Shown: positions 9,882-19,285 of the stretch, piece by piece
How the letters are laid out: every line of letters begins with the position of its first letter
How positions within the stretch are numbered: the stretch's first letter is position 1
Assembly: GCA_038116375.1 (NCBI GenBank)
Contig: JAYNUQ010000001.1
Span: 13,454 to 77,453 of the forward strand
Length of the DNA: 64,000 nt
From: Candidatus Poseidoniales archaeon
GTDB lineage: Archaea > Thermoplasmatota > Poseidoniia > Poseidoniales > Poseidoniaceae
Direction of reading: 5' to 3'
The notes under the pieces: model-generated
What the model was told of the DNA's origin: nothing
Seen by the model: only the letters and a program-made list of their open reading frames with translations
The model's database searches: none
Translations under genes and position numbers: made by a program

Positions 9882-10793
9882 TCAAGGTTCGGCGGTGAGC
9901 GAACCCGTTCCAAGCCAACGGTCAAGCAGTGAGGAAGCAAACAATTTGGCGTTCTTTTCACCCTCAGGCCACGCCTTTTTCACCGTATGGGCTTGGCTTG
10001 CGATGTCCGTTTTTTCCTCGCCCACGACCATACGGTGCCATACCAATTCCTCAAGGCGAGGGGTTGAAAGTTCGCTCTCTGTCAGGCACGACAGAATCAA
10101 TTCGCTCAACGCAAGGCTTCGCTCATCAACATCCATGGTTGACCAAACCTTCGAAAGTCGTGTTAATTGCCGTTCTGGAAGACCAGGCAGCATGCCCTGC
10201 GAAGGGGATTCGACCTCTGGGAGCGGCACAATACGAACGCTCCCCTCTTCTTTGAGGTGGTTCAACATCGTGGTGTGAATCGGGTCCATGCTCGTGTCCA
10301 TGGCCCCACCCAACCAGAGCCCCAGCGAAAGGTACGGACGTAATCTACGGACCCGTCGGCCGTTTGGTGCCAAGTATGCTGCAAGGGCCGCTGCTTGGAC
10401 AACCGTATCGAGGGCACCACCCAGCTTTCGGTTGTGTTCCCCCAATTCTACGCTCGTGGTGAGCGGGACCAGATGAACATGGGGTTGCTTTTGCAGTTCA
10501 CCGACCTCCCATGTGGCCTCTTCGGCGTCCACAATAACCGAGAGGCCTGATTCTTCTGTGGACCATGCCGGTGGAGCGTCCCGAGGAAGGTGATGACGGG
10601 AGGTGAACAGGCGCCGACGGTACTTCAGGCCCACATCGAGACACGCTGCTTCAAGCTGCCCAAGGGCGAGAACGCCCTCAAGACTGGCAGGTGCGCTGAT
10701 GTGAACCATGTCGGCTTGCTTGATTCGCTCTCCATGCTGCTCAAGCAAGGCCGAAGCCTCGGAAAAAATCGGTGAGGAGAACAGGTCTCGCAT
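9882..10793 (-). CDS. Degenerate RecJ/Cdc45-like (DHH family, GAN-like) protein, probably nuclease-inactive
   Basis: Directly downstream of rps15, the usual position of the archaeal RecJ-like gene. SLEGVLA aligns with motif I (DxDG); GGAMD resembles the G..GD motif. No DHH triad and no DHHA1 domain seen. Confidence 0.55.
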   Translation of the reverse strand: MRDLFSSPIFSEASALLEQHGERIKQADMVHISAPASLEGVLALGQLEAACLDVGLKYRRRLFTSRHHLPRDAPPAWSTEESGLSVIVDAEEATWEVGELQKQPHVHLVPLTTSVELGEHNRKLGGALDTVVQAAALAAYLAPNGRRVRRLRPYLSLGLWLGGAMDTSMDPIHTTMLNHLKEEGSVRIVPLPEVESPSQGMLPGLPERQLTRLSKVWSTMDVDERSLALSELILSCLTESELSTPRLEELVWHRMVVGEEKTDIASQAHTVKKAWPEGEKNAKLFASSLLDRWLGTGSLTAEP

Positions 10794-10852
10794 GGCGAAC
10801 GAAGAGGAGGAACGGCGGGTTCCTCATGAAGGTGTTCGTGGGAGACGTTGCA

Positions 10853-11311
10853 TCACTCGACCATCAAGCGGAGTTCATCCCGCTTGTATCGCCAGTCGCT
10901 TGGGAGACGCTTCTCGCCCATGTAGTAGGATGCCAGACGGCGAATCTTGGATTCGGTGATTTCCAACGCACGCTTGTTGTGAAGGTCCTTGTGGTTGCCT
11001 GAACCGAGGTGGTTGATGATGGCCACGGCCTGGCGCATGAGGTTCATCAAATCCTCAGGGTACGTCGAAGTCAAATCGTTTTCAGCCAGCACCTGTCCGA
11101 TGCGCTTGCCGAGAACAAGACGAACGTTGGGCACGGCATGCTTGTCGCGAAGAATGGTACCGATTTCGGCGGTGGAGTGACCTGCTTTTGCGAGGTCAAG
11201 AATGAGGGACTGAACCTCATCTTTGTCGGTGTTTGACCACTCTGGAGCCTCAGTAACGTGAGGTCGGGAGGAGCCACTCTGGCCTTTTCGGGACTTGTAC
11301 ATACGTGCCAT
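10853..11311 (-). CDS. rps15: 30S ribosomal protein S15 (uS15, S15P/S13e)
   Basis: MARMYKSRKGQSGSSRP, IGTILRD, PEDLMNL, KDLHNKRAL...ESKIRRL..YY...LP.DWRY. Confidence 0.98.
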   Translation of the reverse strand: MARMYKSRKGQSGSSRPHVTEAPEWSNTDKDEVQSLILDLAKAGHSTAEIGTILRDKHAVPNVRLVLGKRIGQVLAENDLTSTYPEDLMNLMRQAVAIINHLGSGNHKDLHNKRALEITESKIRRLASYYMGEKRLPSDWRYKRDELRLMVE

Positions 11312-11381
11312 ATCACACCACCAAGCGGCCTTCCGACTTATCTCCCCTTCTTAATCACTCCGCCAAACAACGTGCTCGCTT

Positions 11382-13163
11382 TCAATCACGCCTTTTTTTG
11401 CGTTGGTGGGATTTTGCGAGCGTTCCGGGGGTGCCTGCCCATTCCCAGCCGTGAGCGAGGGCTCGAGCCAAACCTATGCATGCCCCGTCCTGAATGACAC
11501 GCACATCATCTCCCGCACGAATGGATGGGTCAGCCCGCTGAACGAGTTGAGCAAAAACATCGCCGCGCCAAACAGCCTCGTCCTTCAGGTGGACTTCGCG
11601 CAGCGCTCCGTGTTCGTGCAGCACGTCGATGGCCGCTCGTGAGAACGAGAAGCCGTTTCGGTCGATGGACCACACGGCAATTTGAGTCCCGTTTCGCTCC
11701 AATCGCCAGCGTGGAACCTTTCCCCTGACAACGAGATCCTCGCACCATGCATCGGTTTGTGTGGTCTTCCTCGCGATGCTCTTGAAGTGCTCCTTCAACC
11801 TGAGGTTGTTTTTTTGATTTCGCAATTCAAACGCTTGCGTGGCCTCCTTTACCGCAGCACTCAGCCTCGCAAGCGAATCAAAGTGTGTCGCACCCTGGCC
11901 TTGTCGAGTGTCAACCACCTCCGTGTTGAGGAACGTCAAATCAAAGTTGGTGTGATTGATGATTCGCTTGTAGCCTGTTCGCTCAATCAACGATGTCAAC
12001 ATCTTCTGAACCCTTCCGAGTTCGTCAGCCGTCCAGTCTCCCGTCACCGGTACATCGTAATTTGAGGCCGGCCAGACATCTTCGAGATCCCGAGGAACCA
12101 GACCCAACGGCGAGGTCATCATCACCTCATGACAGCCTGTCGACGACATGGCTCTGAAAAATTGTGAGTGGGATTTGGAGAGACGGTAGGGTTTCCTTGC
12201 TGAACACGGCAAGAGCACCATCACATCTCGGACGTTCACTGGGGCTTCGTATTCGTTCATCATGAACCGTTCCCAGTCCACAACCAACGGGTCAGAGAGT
12301 GCGTTGGGCGAGAAGCATGGGAACAACGTTGCAGATGCATGATGGGAGGCCAAATTACCTCGCTGCTCCGTCATCAATTCCTGGTGACGCCGGAGGTGCT
12401 CCACCAAACGTGGACTGGACATGCTCTGCTTCTCCGCCATGGCACGCAGCGTTCCGTGTTGAATGGAGGCGCGGACTTCATCAAGCGCCTTCATGAAATG
12501 GAAGGCTTGTGCCTCCAAGGCCGTGTCTTCATGCTCGAGCGGCAGGCGAGGACCCCAAGGAGTCAACACAACACCGTTGGCTGCTGCTTCTCTGCAACGA
12601 GCGAGGTCGAACAAATCAACGCCCATGGAAGCGAGAACGGCGACGTTGTCGGGCCCTCCCAACCCAGGAGTCCACAGCAATGCACCTGGAAATCTGTGCT
12701 TCAAGGTCAACACGGCTGTAGGAAGTTTTCCCGGCTGGCTCGCCAGTTGGAGCGCATCCGTGAGGACCACGATTTCCGGTTGCAGCGAGGTATCGGTAAG
12801 GGTCTCATCGTGGTTCATTCGCTGCCAAGAAACCGGGAGTAAGGCAGAGGTACCCTGAACTTCACCTGCATTGGCGTCCTCGAGTGACGGCGGAAGAACA
12901 TGACCAAGATTTACGCTGTAATGAGGACCAAGATGTTGGAATTCGGGAGGCGAAAAAGCGGCACGAGCGTTGATGGAGAGTTCGGCGGGAAGCGTTGATG
13001 TGCTGGATGAACGGAACGGAGCATAGGTCAACGGAAGGTCGAAATCGTCGTTCATCAGAACCAATGTAGGTGTTGTTGCAACGGGTGATTTACGATCGCC
13101 CAGCCCCCACATTCGGGCATAGCGGTCCCGATGCAAGACGGTGCGTCCAAGGACATCGGCCAT
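11382..13163 (-). CDS. arcS: Archaeosine synthase subunit alpha (TGT-like + DUF5591 + PUA)
   Basis: GVDLFD (TGT fold), LLPCSARKPYRLSKSH, TSPLGLVPRDLE..P...YDVPVTGDW and a C-terminal PUA domain. Start MADVLG at 13163; the ORF-track extension to 13592 overlaps the divergent gene. Confidence 0.9.
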   Translation of the reverse strand: MADVLGRTVLHRDRYARMWGLGDRKSPVATTPTLVLMNDDFDLPLTYAPFRSSSTSTLPAELSINARAAFSPPEFQHLGPHYSVNLGHVLPPSLEDANAGEVQGTSALLPVSWQRMNHDETLTDTSLQPEIVVLTDALQLASQPGKLPTAVLTLKHRFPGALLWTPGLGGPDNVAVLASMGVDLFDLARCREAAANGVVLTPWGPRLPLEHEDTALEAQAFHFMKALDEVRASIQHGTLRAMAEKQSMSSPRLVEHLRRHQELMTEQRGNLASHHASATLFPCFSPNALSDPLVVDWERFMMNEYEAPVNVRDVMVLLPCSARKPYRLSKSHSQFFRAMSSTGCHEVMMTSPLGLVPRDLEDVWPASNYDVPVTGDWTADELGRVQKMLTSLIERTGYKRIINHTNFDLTFLNTEVVDTRQGQGATHFDSLARLSAAVKEATQAFELRNQKNNLRLKEHFKSIARKTTQTDAWCEDLVVRGKVPRWRLERNGTQIAVWSIDRNGFSFSRAAIDVLHEHGALREVHLKDEAVWRGDVFAQLVQRADPSIRAGDDVRVIQDGACIGLARALAHGWEWAGTPGTLAKSHQRKKRRD

Positions 13164-13248
13164 AGACGACGCTAACGCCTTGGCTTCTTGAAGAGTTTGA
13201 ACGCCAAACGGGGGTGGATTTGAAAGACTCCGCCTCCACCCGTTGACC

Positions 13249-15477
13249 ATGGGTTGGTACGGTCCACGAACGAAGGCCTCCATCCTGACGGCTCTTCTTT
13301 TGTTGATGCTCCTTCCCACGGCCTTGGGACAATCTGAATCCACCGTTTCTCTTAATGAGGGATTCAATTCCCTACAACTCACCCCCGAACAAGCGACCGC
13401 ACTCACCATCAGCATGGAAGAGGGCGATACGGCACTGCTCCTGTGGTCTTGTGCATCGTGTGACCTCACAGTGAGCACGGACGACGAAGCATTGACCGTG
13501 GAAAACCAAAGCCCACGGATGCTCACCTTACGAACCGAGCAATCCATGCCCGTCGAAACCTCGGTTTCAACGACAAGCAGTGAAACCATCACGCTGATGC
13601 TGTACGTTGACGATGATGAGCATCACCTCGAGGTGCGACCATCACCTGAATCGACGCTCTCTGCAGCTCCCTTCGGCCTCTGTTCGCTTCCCAAAGATTG
13701 CATTGATACCAACACGGGCGTGCTGGCTTCACAAATCGCTCATTCAAGTGACGGCGCCTTTCTTCATGTCGGAGAGGTGCACGCTTCAACAAACGAATAC
13801 ATTGTCTTCAATATTTCAGCCGGGGATACGCTCGAATGGCAGTGGTTGGCAAGCACGGAAGCGACCAATGTCGAGATGTATCACCAAACATCAACCGAAG
13901 AATTGCTCCTCAACAAAACGACAATGTCTACGGCAGCCTATGCTCAACTGGCTGGTGATGCGCCGACGGCTCAATACTGGACGGCACCCGAGGACGGACG
14001 TTTCGTGGCACGCCTCTCAACCCAAGACGCCAAGGCCGTATGGGCTGCTCACGTGATGAATCACCCAAAGCGTACGGTTGAATCGCTGGTTGGTGCTGAC
14101 CTCGCCAGCGGAACCGAACTTATCGGCCACGGTGAAACAACTTCGCCCTTCGATTGGTCAGAAGTCCACACGCTGCACCTCCACGCCAACCTTGCGCCTT
14201 TGGACGTGCGGGTTGACCAACTCCTCAGCGGTGCCTGGGTACAAGGGACGGCGACGCAACTTTCAGAAGGCGAATCCGTGATCGTTTACCCCTACCCCGA
14301 CGTAAGTGGAGGACGGCTTGTGGTTTCAAACGCCTCGGTCTTTTCCCTCGAAGTCTCAACCGCAACCTTTGCAGATCAGCACGGACTCGAGGCTCCTTCG
14401 TATGTTCCTGCCTCGTTGGAAGTCGACAACAGTTCGTGGCCCGTCATCAACTTGACAGAGACGACAACCGGAGCGTTTACGCTGGCGGTACACGACACGA
14501 GCGACACCTACCGACTGGTGGTGGACGGCTGGGAGGATTCCATCCACTTCGTACAATTTACCATCGTTGGAGATGTCGAAGGATTGGAGTGGCAACTTTG
14601 GGACATCGACCAAACAACCTCAGAGACCATCGCAACGGACATCACGCAACCTGTAGGTGACCAGTTGAAAATCGGACTCCAGGTTGGACGTGGAACACAT
14701 TACCTCCAACTTCGGTTTCAAAATGCATCACAAGCAACACCAAATTTGTGGGGCGAAGACGTCGAATCCAGGACGTATGCCATTCAAGCCGCCTATTCCC
14801 TGATCGACGAAGGTGAAGAACCGTGGTTCCCGCCAAGTGAAGATGCCGTGTACTGGGGAAACGTTGCCCGTTGGTTCATGGGCATCTTGTTTTTACTGCC
14901 CGTCCTCTACCTCGCGGTCCACGTTCGCCAGTCCCGTCGCTATGCTGAGTCCGTTGCTGAGAAGAAACAACGCCTTGCGTGGTACACCTCCCGGTTGGAC
15001 AGCGGTGAGAGCAATGCCCGACAGGCACGGACGGACATGGCCAAGGCGTTGCATGCCGTTGCTCAACTCGAATGGCAAGAAGGGTTGGAGACGTGGGGTC
15101 CGCACCGCGTCGAACATCGCACCGAAGACGTGGCGTTGGCCGTTTGGAACGTTGATGAGCGTCTGGCCACCAAGGACGGCGCATGGCCCCTGGTCGTGGG
15201 CGTCCACGTCATGAACGGAACGTGGGATTTGGCCGCTCTCCGCTTTGACGCCCCCGAAGGAGCTGCGTACAACGTGGTCCATGTCGAGCCGCGATTTTTG
15301 TTCCAAGGTGAAGAGGTCTTCCTCGATACCATGGGCCCAGGCCATCAGACCTACCTGATCGTAGAACTTGACGGCAAGGCAGAGCACATTGATGTTGAAT
15401 TGAACGGACGAATGGACGGGGAGCCGTTCGCTGCCCGAATTCCTCAAACCCTGCATCGGAGCGAGAACGGATCATGA
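13249..15477 (+). CDS. Single-pass membrane protein with repeated PPC-like beta modules and a ~180-aa cytoplasmic domain
   Basis: Signal peptide; D.Y.(F/L).V..G-type motifs (NEYIVFNISAGDTL, DTSDTYRLVVDG) and G.(F/H)..RL; TM helix near aa 545-560; folded C-terminal domain. Confidence 0.75.
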   Translation: MGWYGPRTKASILTALLLLMLLPTALGQSESTVSLNEGFNSLQLTPEQATALTISMEEGDTALLLWSCASCDLTVSTDDEALTVENQSPRMLTLRTEQSMPVETSVSTTSSETITLMLYVDDDEHHLEVRPSPESTLSAAPFGLCSLPKDCIDTNTGVLASQIAHSSDGAFLHVGEVHASTNEYIVFNISAGDTLEWQWLASTEATNVEMYHQTSTEELLLNKTTMSTAAYAQLAGDAPTAQYWTAPEDGRFVARLSTQDAKAVWAAHVMNHPKRTVESLVGADLASGTELIGHGETTSPFDWSEVHTLHLHANLAPLDVRVDQLLSGAWVQGTATQLSEGESVIVYPYPDVSGGRLVVSNASVFSLEVSTATFADQHGLEAPSYVPASLEVDNSSWPVINLTETTTGAFTLAVHDTSDTYRLVVDGWEDSIHFVQFTIVGDVEGLEWQLWDIDQTTSETIATDITQPVGDQLKIGLQVGRGTHYLQLRFQNASQATPNLWGEDVESRTYAIQAAYSLIDEGEEPWFPPSEDAVYWGNVARWFMGILFLLPVLYLAVHVRQSRRYAESVAEKKQRLAWYTSRLDSGESNARQARTDMAKALHAVAQLEWQEGLETWGPHRVEHRTEDVALAVWNVDERLATKDGAWPLVVGVHVMNGTWDLAALRFDAPEGAAYNVVHVEPRFLFQGEEVFLDTMGPGHQTYLIVELDGKAEHIDVELNGRMDGEPFAARIPQTLHRSENGS

Positions 15478-16596
15478 GTTTCTGCGCTCTTGTGCGTCGT
15501 CCAGAATGCTTGAGCGCACATCGCTCGGTGCCAGGTCGTCTCGTATGGACTCCAGGTTCTTCTTTGTTGATTTTGGAACCTTCTTTGGCATGTGCAGTTT
15601 GAGCAACACGACGACATCGCCACGGCCGCCACCTCGTTGGCGTGGAAGACCTCGTTTGCGGACTTCGATGGTCTCACCAGAATTGCTGTGCGGCGGGATC
15701 TTGATGACCAAGGGTTTGTCGTCGAGATGCTCAAGTTCAACGGTCGTCCCCAACAACAGGTCGGCGTAACCGAGGGGCAAGGACATGATCAAATCCGAAC
15801 CTGACCGTTCAAACCACGCATGGGGTTCAATTTCAAGTTCAATGAACAAATCCCCGGGTTCACCAACGCCCTTGGGCGCAGGTTCTCCTTTTCCACGCAT
15901 GCGGAGTCGAGTCCCTGCCTCGGCACCCTCGGGCACATTGAACCTCAGGGTATTGGATTTCATTTCTTGGCCACGACCCGCACACCCATCGCACGGGTGC
16001 TCGGCCACTTTTCCTCTGCCGCCGCACTCTTGACAGGCCTGAACCGACTCCTGAATGAACGGCCCCACTTGCTGACGGATGCGAACTTGCCCTTGACCTG
16101 AACATGCGGCACACGTCTTCAAATCGCCACCCTTCGCACCGGTCCCATCGCATGTGCTGCACGGCTCTGGCAAATCCAAAACCAATTCCTGCTCACTGCC
16201 CTCAAACACATCTTTGAGCTCAACTGAATGCCGCAAAAGGATATCTGAACCTCGACGGCTTTGTCTACGACGGGAACCTCCGCCGAAGAATGAAGAAAAG
16301 AAATCTCCTCCAAGAATGTCGTCGAGGTTGATGTTGAAGCCTCCACCGCCAAAGCCCCCAAACGGAGAGCCTTGCGGACCGTCATGACCAAATCGGTCGT
16401 AGTGTGCGCGTTTCTGCTCGTCTGAAAGCACGGCGTAGGCTTCTTGAATCTCTTTGAAACGGTCTTCAGCGTCCTCTTCGGTGCTCCTATCGGGGTGATA
16501 TTTTCTTGCGAGACGACGGAATGCGTTTTTCAAATCTCCAGACGTGGCTGATTTTTCAACGCCCAAGACCTCGTAGTAGTCCCGTTTGTCAGCCAT
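15472..16596 (-). CDS. dnaJ: Molecular chaperone DnaJ
   Basis: RDYYEVLGV...HPD J-domain, G/F-rich region, four CxxCxGxG repeats and C-terminal domain; GAGGTG RBS before ATG 16596. Confidence 0.97.
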   Translation of the reverse strand: MADKRDYYEVLGVEKSATSGDLKNAFRRLARKYHPDRSTEEDAEDRFKEIQEAYAVLSDEQKRAHYDRFGHDGPQGSPFGGFGGGGFNINLDDILGGDFFSSFFGGGSRRRQSRRGSDILLRHSVELKDVFEGSEQELVLDLPEPCSTCDGTGAKGGDLKTCAACSGQGQVRIRQQVGPFIQESVQACQECGGRGKVAEHPCDGCAGRGQEMKSNTLRFNVPEGAEAGTRLRMRGKGEPAPKGVGEPGDLFIELEIEPHAWFERSGSDLIMSLPLGYADLLLGTTVELEHLDDKPLVIKIPPHSNSGETIEVRKRGLPRQRGGGRGDVVVLLKLHMPKKVPKSTKKNLESIRDDLAPSDVRSSILDDAQERRNS

Positions 16597-16652
16597 CACC
16601 TCGTCCTCATCCTCCACGATGAGGGACCCGCTTTGAACCTCACGCCTGCTGC

Positions 16653-17588
16653 TCAAAGGTCAAGCCCACAATGCGGACAGAAACGTTGCGTGGCGCTCAC
16701 GGGAGCCGAACATCCACGACATTGCGGTCCCGTGGTGGCGATTTGAACCGAAGAAGACGGAGATTGACCCATCATCGCCATGCTTTCAAGCGACTCAGAA
16801 ACAGCTGGGACTTGCTTTATCGATGACGGAACCTCAACATCGCTTTTCACCTGTCCGGTCGTGCTCATCACAGTTTTCACACCTCCAGAATCGCTCATCG
16901 AGGTGATGTTGATTTCGGTGTCATCGGTTGACGAACCAATACGAAGCGGAGCAACAGGACGTTGAGCCGTGACGGGGGCGGATGTGGCCGCTTGTCGAAG
17001 ACGAGCCTGTCGCTCTGCTTCCCGGTCGGCTCGACTGTCAAGTCCAAACCATCCAAAAACGAGGTCGAGGAAACGGTCCATTGGACCCGCTCGCCGTTGG
17101 GCACCGATGGTGCCTGTGATGGCTTCGTCCTCAAGGCTCGAACTTCCCGTCACGCGTGCGTTGGCTTTGACGATGTGGTCTGCTTCTGACAGCATCTTGA
17201 CCTCGACCTTGGCCTCGCCGTCCAGTTCCATTTCTGGACCTTCCCCTGACAAATCTGAAACCGGACGGGAAAGCCCCAACTGTGTTTCCTTGTCCATTGT
17301 CCCATCGAGTTGAACATCGGTGGACCATACACCTGCTTCCTCTGCTTCGTACACGTGCCTGATTTTCCGCATGGCTTTTGCTCGATTGTATTCGTGATCT
17401 TTCACAACGCCGCTTCGCCGATAGACCACCACGCCGAGCACGACGGCGAATCCGTAATATCCGTACATCAACAACGGTTCAATCTCGAACATGCTTTGAA
17501 GGGGAGGGAGCGACATATGGGTGACACCCAAGAGCAACAGAGGGAGGAGAAACAAACTTCGACTCGTAAGCCCTCTGTTTTCAGCCAT
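16653..17588 (-). CDS. Hypothetical protein with two N-terminal TM helices and a C-terminal zinc ribbon
   Basis: Two hydrophobic helices; terminal CRGC...FCPHCG. Confidence 0.75.
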   Translation of the reverse strand: MAENRGLTSRSLFLLPLLLLGVTHMSLPPLQSMFEIEPLLMYGYYGFAVVLGVVVYRRSGVVKDHEYNRAKAMRKIRHVYEAEEAGVWSTDVQLDGTMDKETQLGLSRPVSDLSGEGPEMELDGEAKVEVKMLSEADHIVKANARVTGSSSLEDEAITGTIGAQRRAGPMDRFLDLVFGWFGLDSRADREAERQARLRQAATSAPVTAQRPVAPLRIGSSTDDTEINITSMSDSGGVKTVMSTTGQVKSDVEVPSSIKQVPAVSESLESMAMMGQSPSSSVQIATTGPQCRGCSAPVSATQRFCPHCGLDL

Positions 17589-17618
17589 TGTCTTCACCTG
17601 CTTGACCACACATTTGAC

Positions 17619-18680
17619 TCATCTATCTATTGGCTTCTTGTTTGGGGAACGGTCCGTCGGAAACCGTCCTTTTCGAACCAGTCCATCAACGAGGCCAATG
17701 GAAAAACTGGTGTGGAGCATCGCCAAACACAAGGGTACACCCAAGCACGAAGAGAGGCGACGTTGGACAAACGCTTCCCGAACGCCAGCAGCAACAAGAG
17801 CCAAACCGTACGTCATCATGAGAAGAGAGGTCAGAGGTGAGTTGAGCATGAACAGGATGGAGAGCAGAACCAAGCCTGCGAGCGGTAGAAATTCCTGCCA
17901 TTTGGCTCGTGATGGATGCTTTTGAAGCACTTTTGTACGCCAAAAACCGTAGCGATGCCCCATTTTCCACCATTGCATCAAGCTGGTTCGCTTGTGCATG
18001 CTTACCTTCGGGAGGGGATGTCGATAGAGGTCAAAACCCGCCTTGAGCAGACGCATGGACACGTCGCTGTCTTGACTGGTCAGAAAGGATTCATCCCAAC
18101 CTCCAATGCTCGTCACCGCTTTTCGGTCGTGCATGACAAAAGCGGGAACATTGGTGGACTGGGGGCGATTGAAGCGACTGAACTGCCCTCCACTGCGACC
18201 CAGTGGGGAGGCGAGGGCACCTTCTACCCAGTCCCCAACCCGATGGTGCAGGTTCTCATCCGGTTCAACACGAACACCTACGCCTGCGAGCGGTCCGGCT
18301 GACATTGACTGGCATTCAGTCCACGCTTGAAGACGGTGTTCCAGGTGTTCGGCTTCAACCGTGGCATGCCCGATCATCTCCACCACCAACTCAACGCTGG
18401 GAGGAAGAAGGTCCAATGCTAAATTACGAGCGTGAGCAACGGTCCGGTTGGGGTTCATTTCCAGCACAATGGACGGCCAACGGTCGTCTTGATGTCCTTT
18501 GATTACCCGTTCTACGTGTTCGAAGGTCCCGTCTGTTGAACCACCGTCGAGGACCAAAATCATGTGCTTTGAGGGAGCGAGTGTTTGGTTCAACAAGCCG
18601 TGAAGGCAACGGTCAATGTGATCCATTTCATTGAGAACAGGGATGACCGTTGCCACGGTTGGACCCCCTGCCTCAGTCAT
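17619..18680 (-). CDS. Glycosyltransferase family 2 (ExoA-like) with C-terminal TM helices
   Basis: VIPVLNE, VLDGGSTDGT, ARNLAL, IGGWDESFLTSQDSD, RYGFWR and three C-terminal hydrophobic segments. Confidence 0.9.
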   Translation of the reverse strand: MTEAGGPTVATVIPVLNEMDHIDRCLHGLLNQTLAPSKHMILVLDGGSTDGTFEHVERVIKGHQDDRWPSIVLEMNPNRTVAHARNLALDLLPPSVELVVEMIGHATVEAEHLEHRLQAWTECQSMSAGPLAGVGVRVEPDENLHHRVGDWVEGALASPLGRSGGQFSRFNRPQSTNVPAFVMHDRKAVTSIGGWDESFLTSQDSDVSMRLLKAGFDLYRHPLPKVSMHKRTSLMQWWKMGHRYGFWRTKVLQKHPSRAKWQEFLPLAGLVLLSILFMLNSPLTSLLMMTYGLALVAAGVREAFVQRRLSSCLGVPLCLAMLHTSFSIGLVDGLVRKGRFPTDRSPNKKPIDR

Positions 18681-18769
18681 GAGCGTGGCTGAACCGATTC
18701 GGTTTTCACCTCTTCGCACATCCCGCACCTTCGCCGCATGTTCTTTGAGGAGCAGCACCTCCCCGTGGT

Positions 18770-19285
18770 ATGGAAGGGTCTCGACTCCGCCTCACGGGAA
18801 CGGGGGAGGGATTCACCACCAGGGTCTCCACCGTGCTTCAAGGAGCTGATTCTCCTCAAGCGGTCCTCCAAGCACTTCACCGTCTCTTTCCTGACGCGGC
18901 CGTAGAGGATCTTCCCGATGAGCCATCTTTTGGTCGGGCGGTTGAAGCGGTTTGGACGTTTGAGAACCTCTCACTCGCAGGTTTCCTCGAACAACTCCAT
19001 GAACAACGCATCTTGGACACAGCCCTTGACGCTATGTCGCACAACATGAACGGAGAGACCACGGTTTTTGAGATTGCGAGACTCGCCGCCGTTGCAGGTA
19101 AGGTGGCTTTTCCTATCCCAGATGACCGTCCACTCGGTGGCGTCTTTGAAATCACCATCTCAGGAAACGGTCTTGCCGATTGGTTGCAGGCAGCTACATG
19201 GCATGCAGGAAGGAGTCAAGTCCCTCGCCACATCAACGACGAGCGTTCGATGGACGACGATGGCGAATCTACGACGTGGATTTGA
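18770..19285 (+). CDS. UPF0201/DUF54-like putative RNA-binding protein
   Basis: Pattern DS..AV..AL..LFP...L.EQRILDTA...AAVAGKVAF...PLG resembles the archaeal UPF0201 family. Confidence 0.65.
   Translation: MEGSRLRLTGTGEGFTTRVSTVLQGADSPQAVLQALHRLFPDAAVEDLPDEPSFGRAVEAVWTFENLSLAGFLEQLHEQRILDTALDAMSHNMNGETTVFEIARLAAVAGKVAFPIPDDRPLGGVFEITISGNGLADWLQAATWHAGRSQVPRHINDERSMDDDGESTTWI

Noticed and set aside
13164-13592. N-terminal extension of arcS in the ORF track
   Set aside because: It overlaps the divergent gene on the other strand; the arcS-like sequence and the -29 box point to ATG 13163.
15472-16596. dnaJ without adjacent dnaK/grpE
   Set aside because: Split chaperone loci are common, and the rest of the genome is not visible here.
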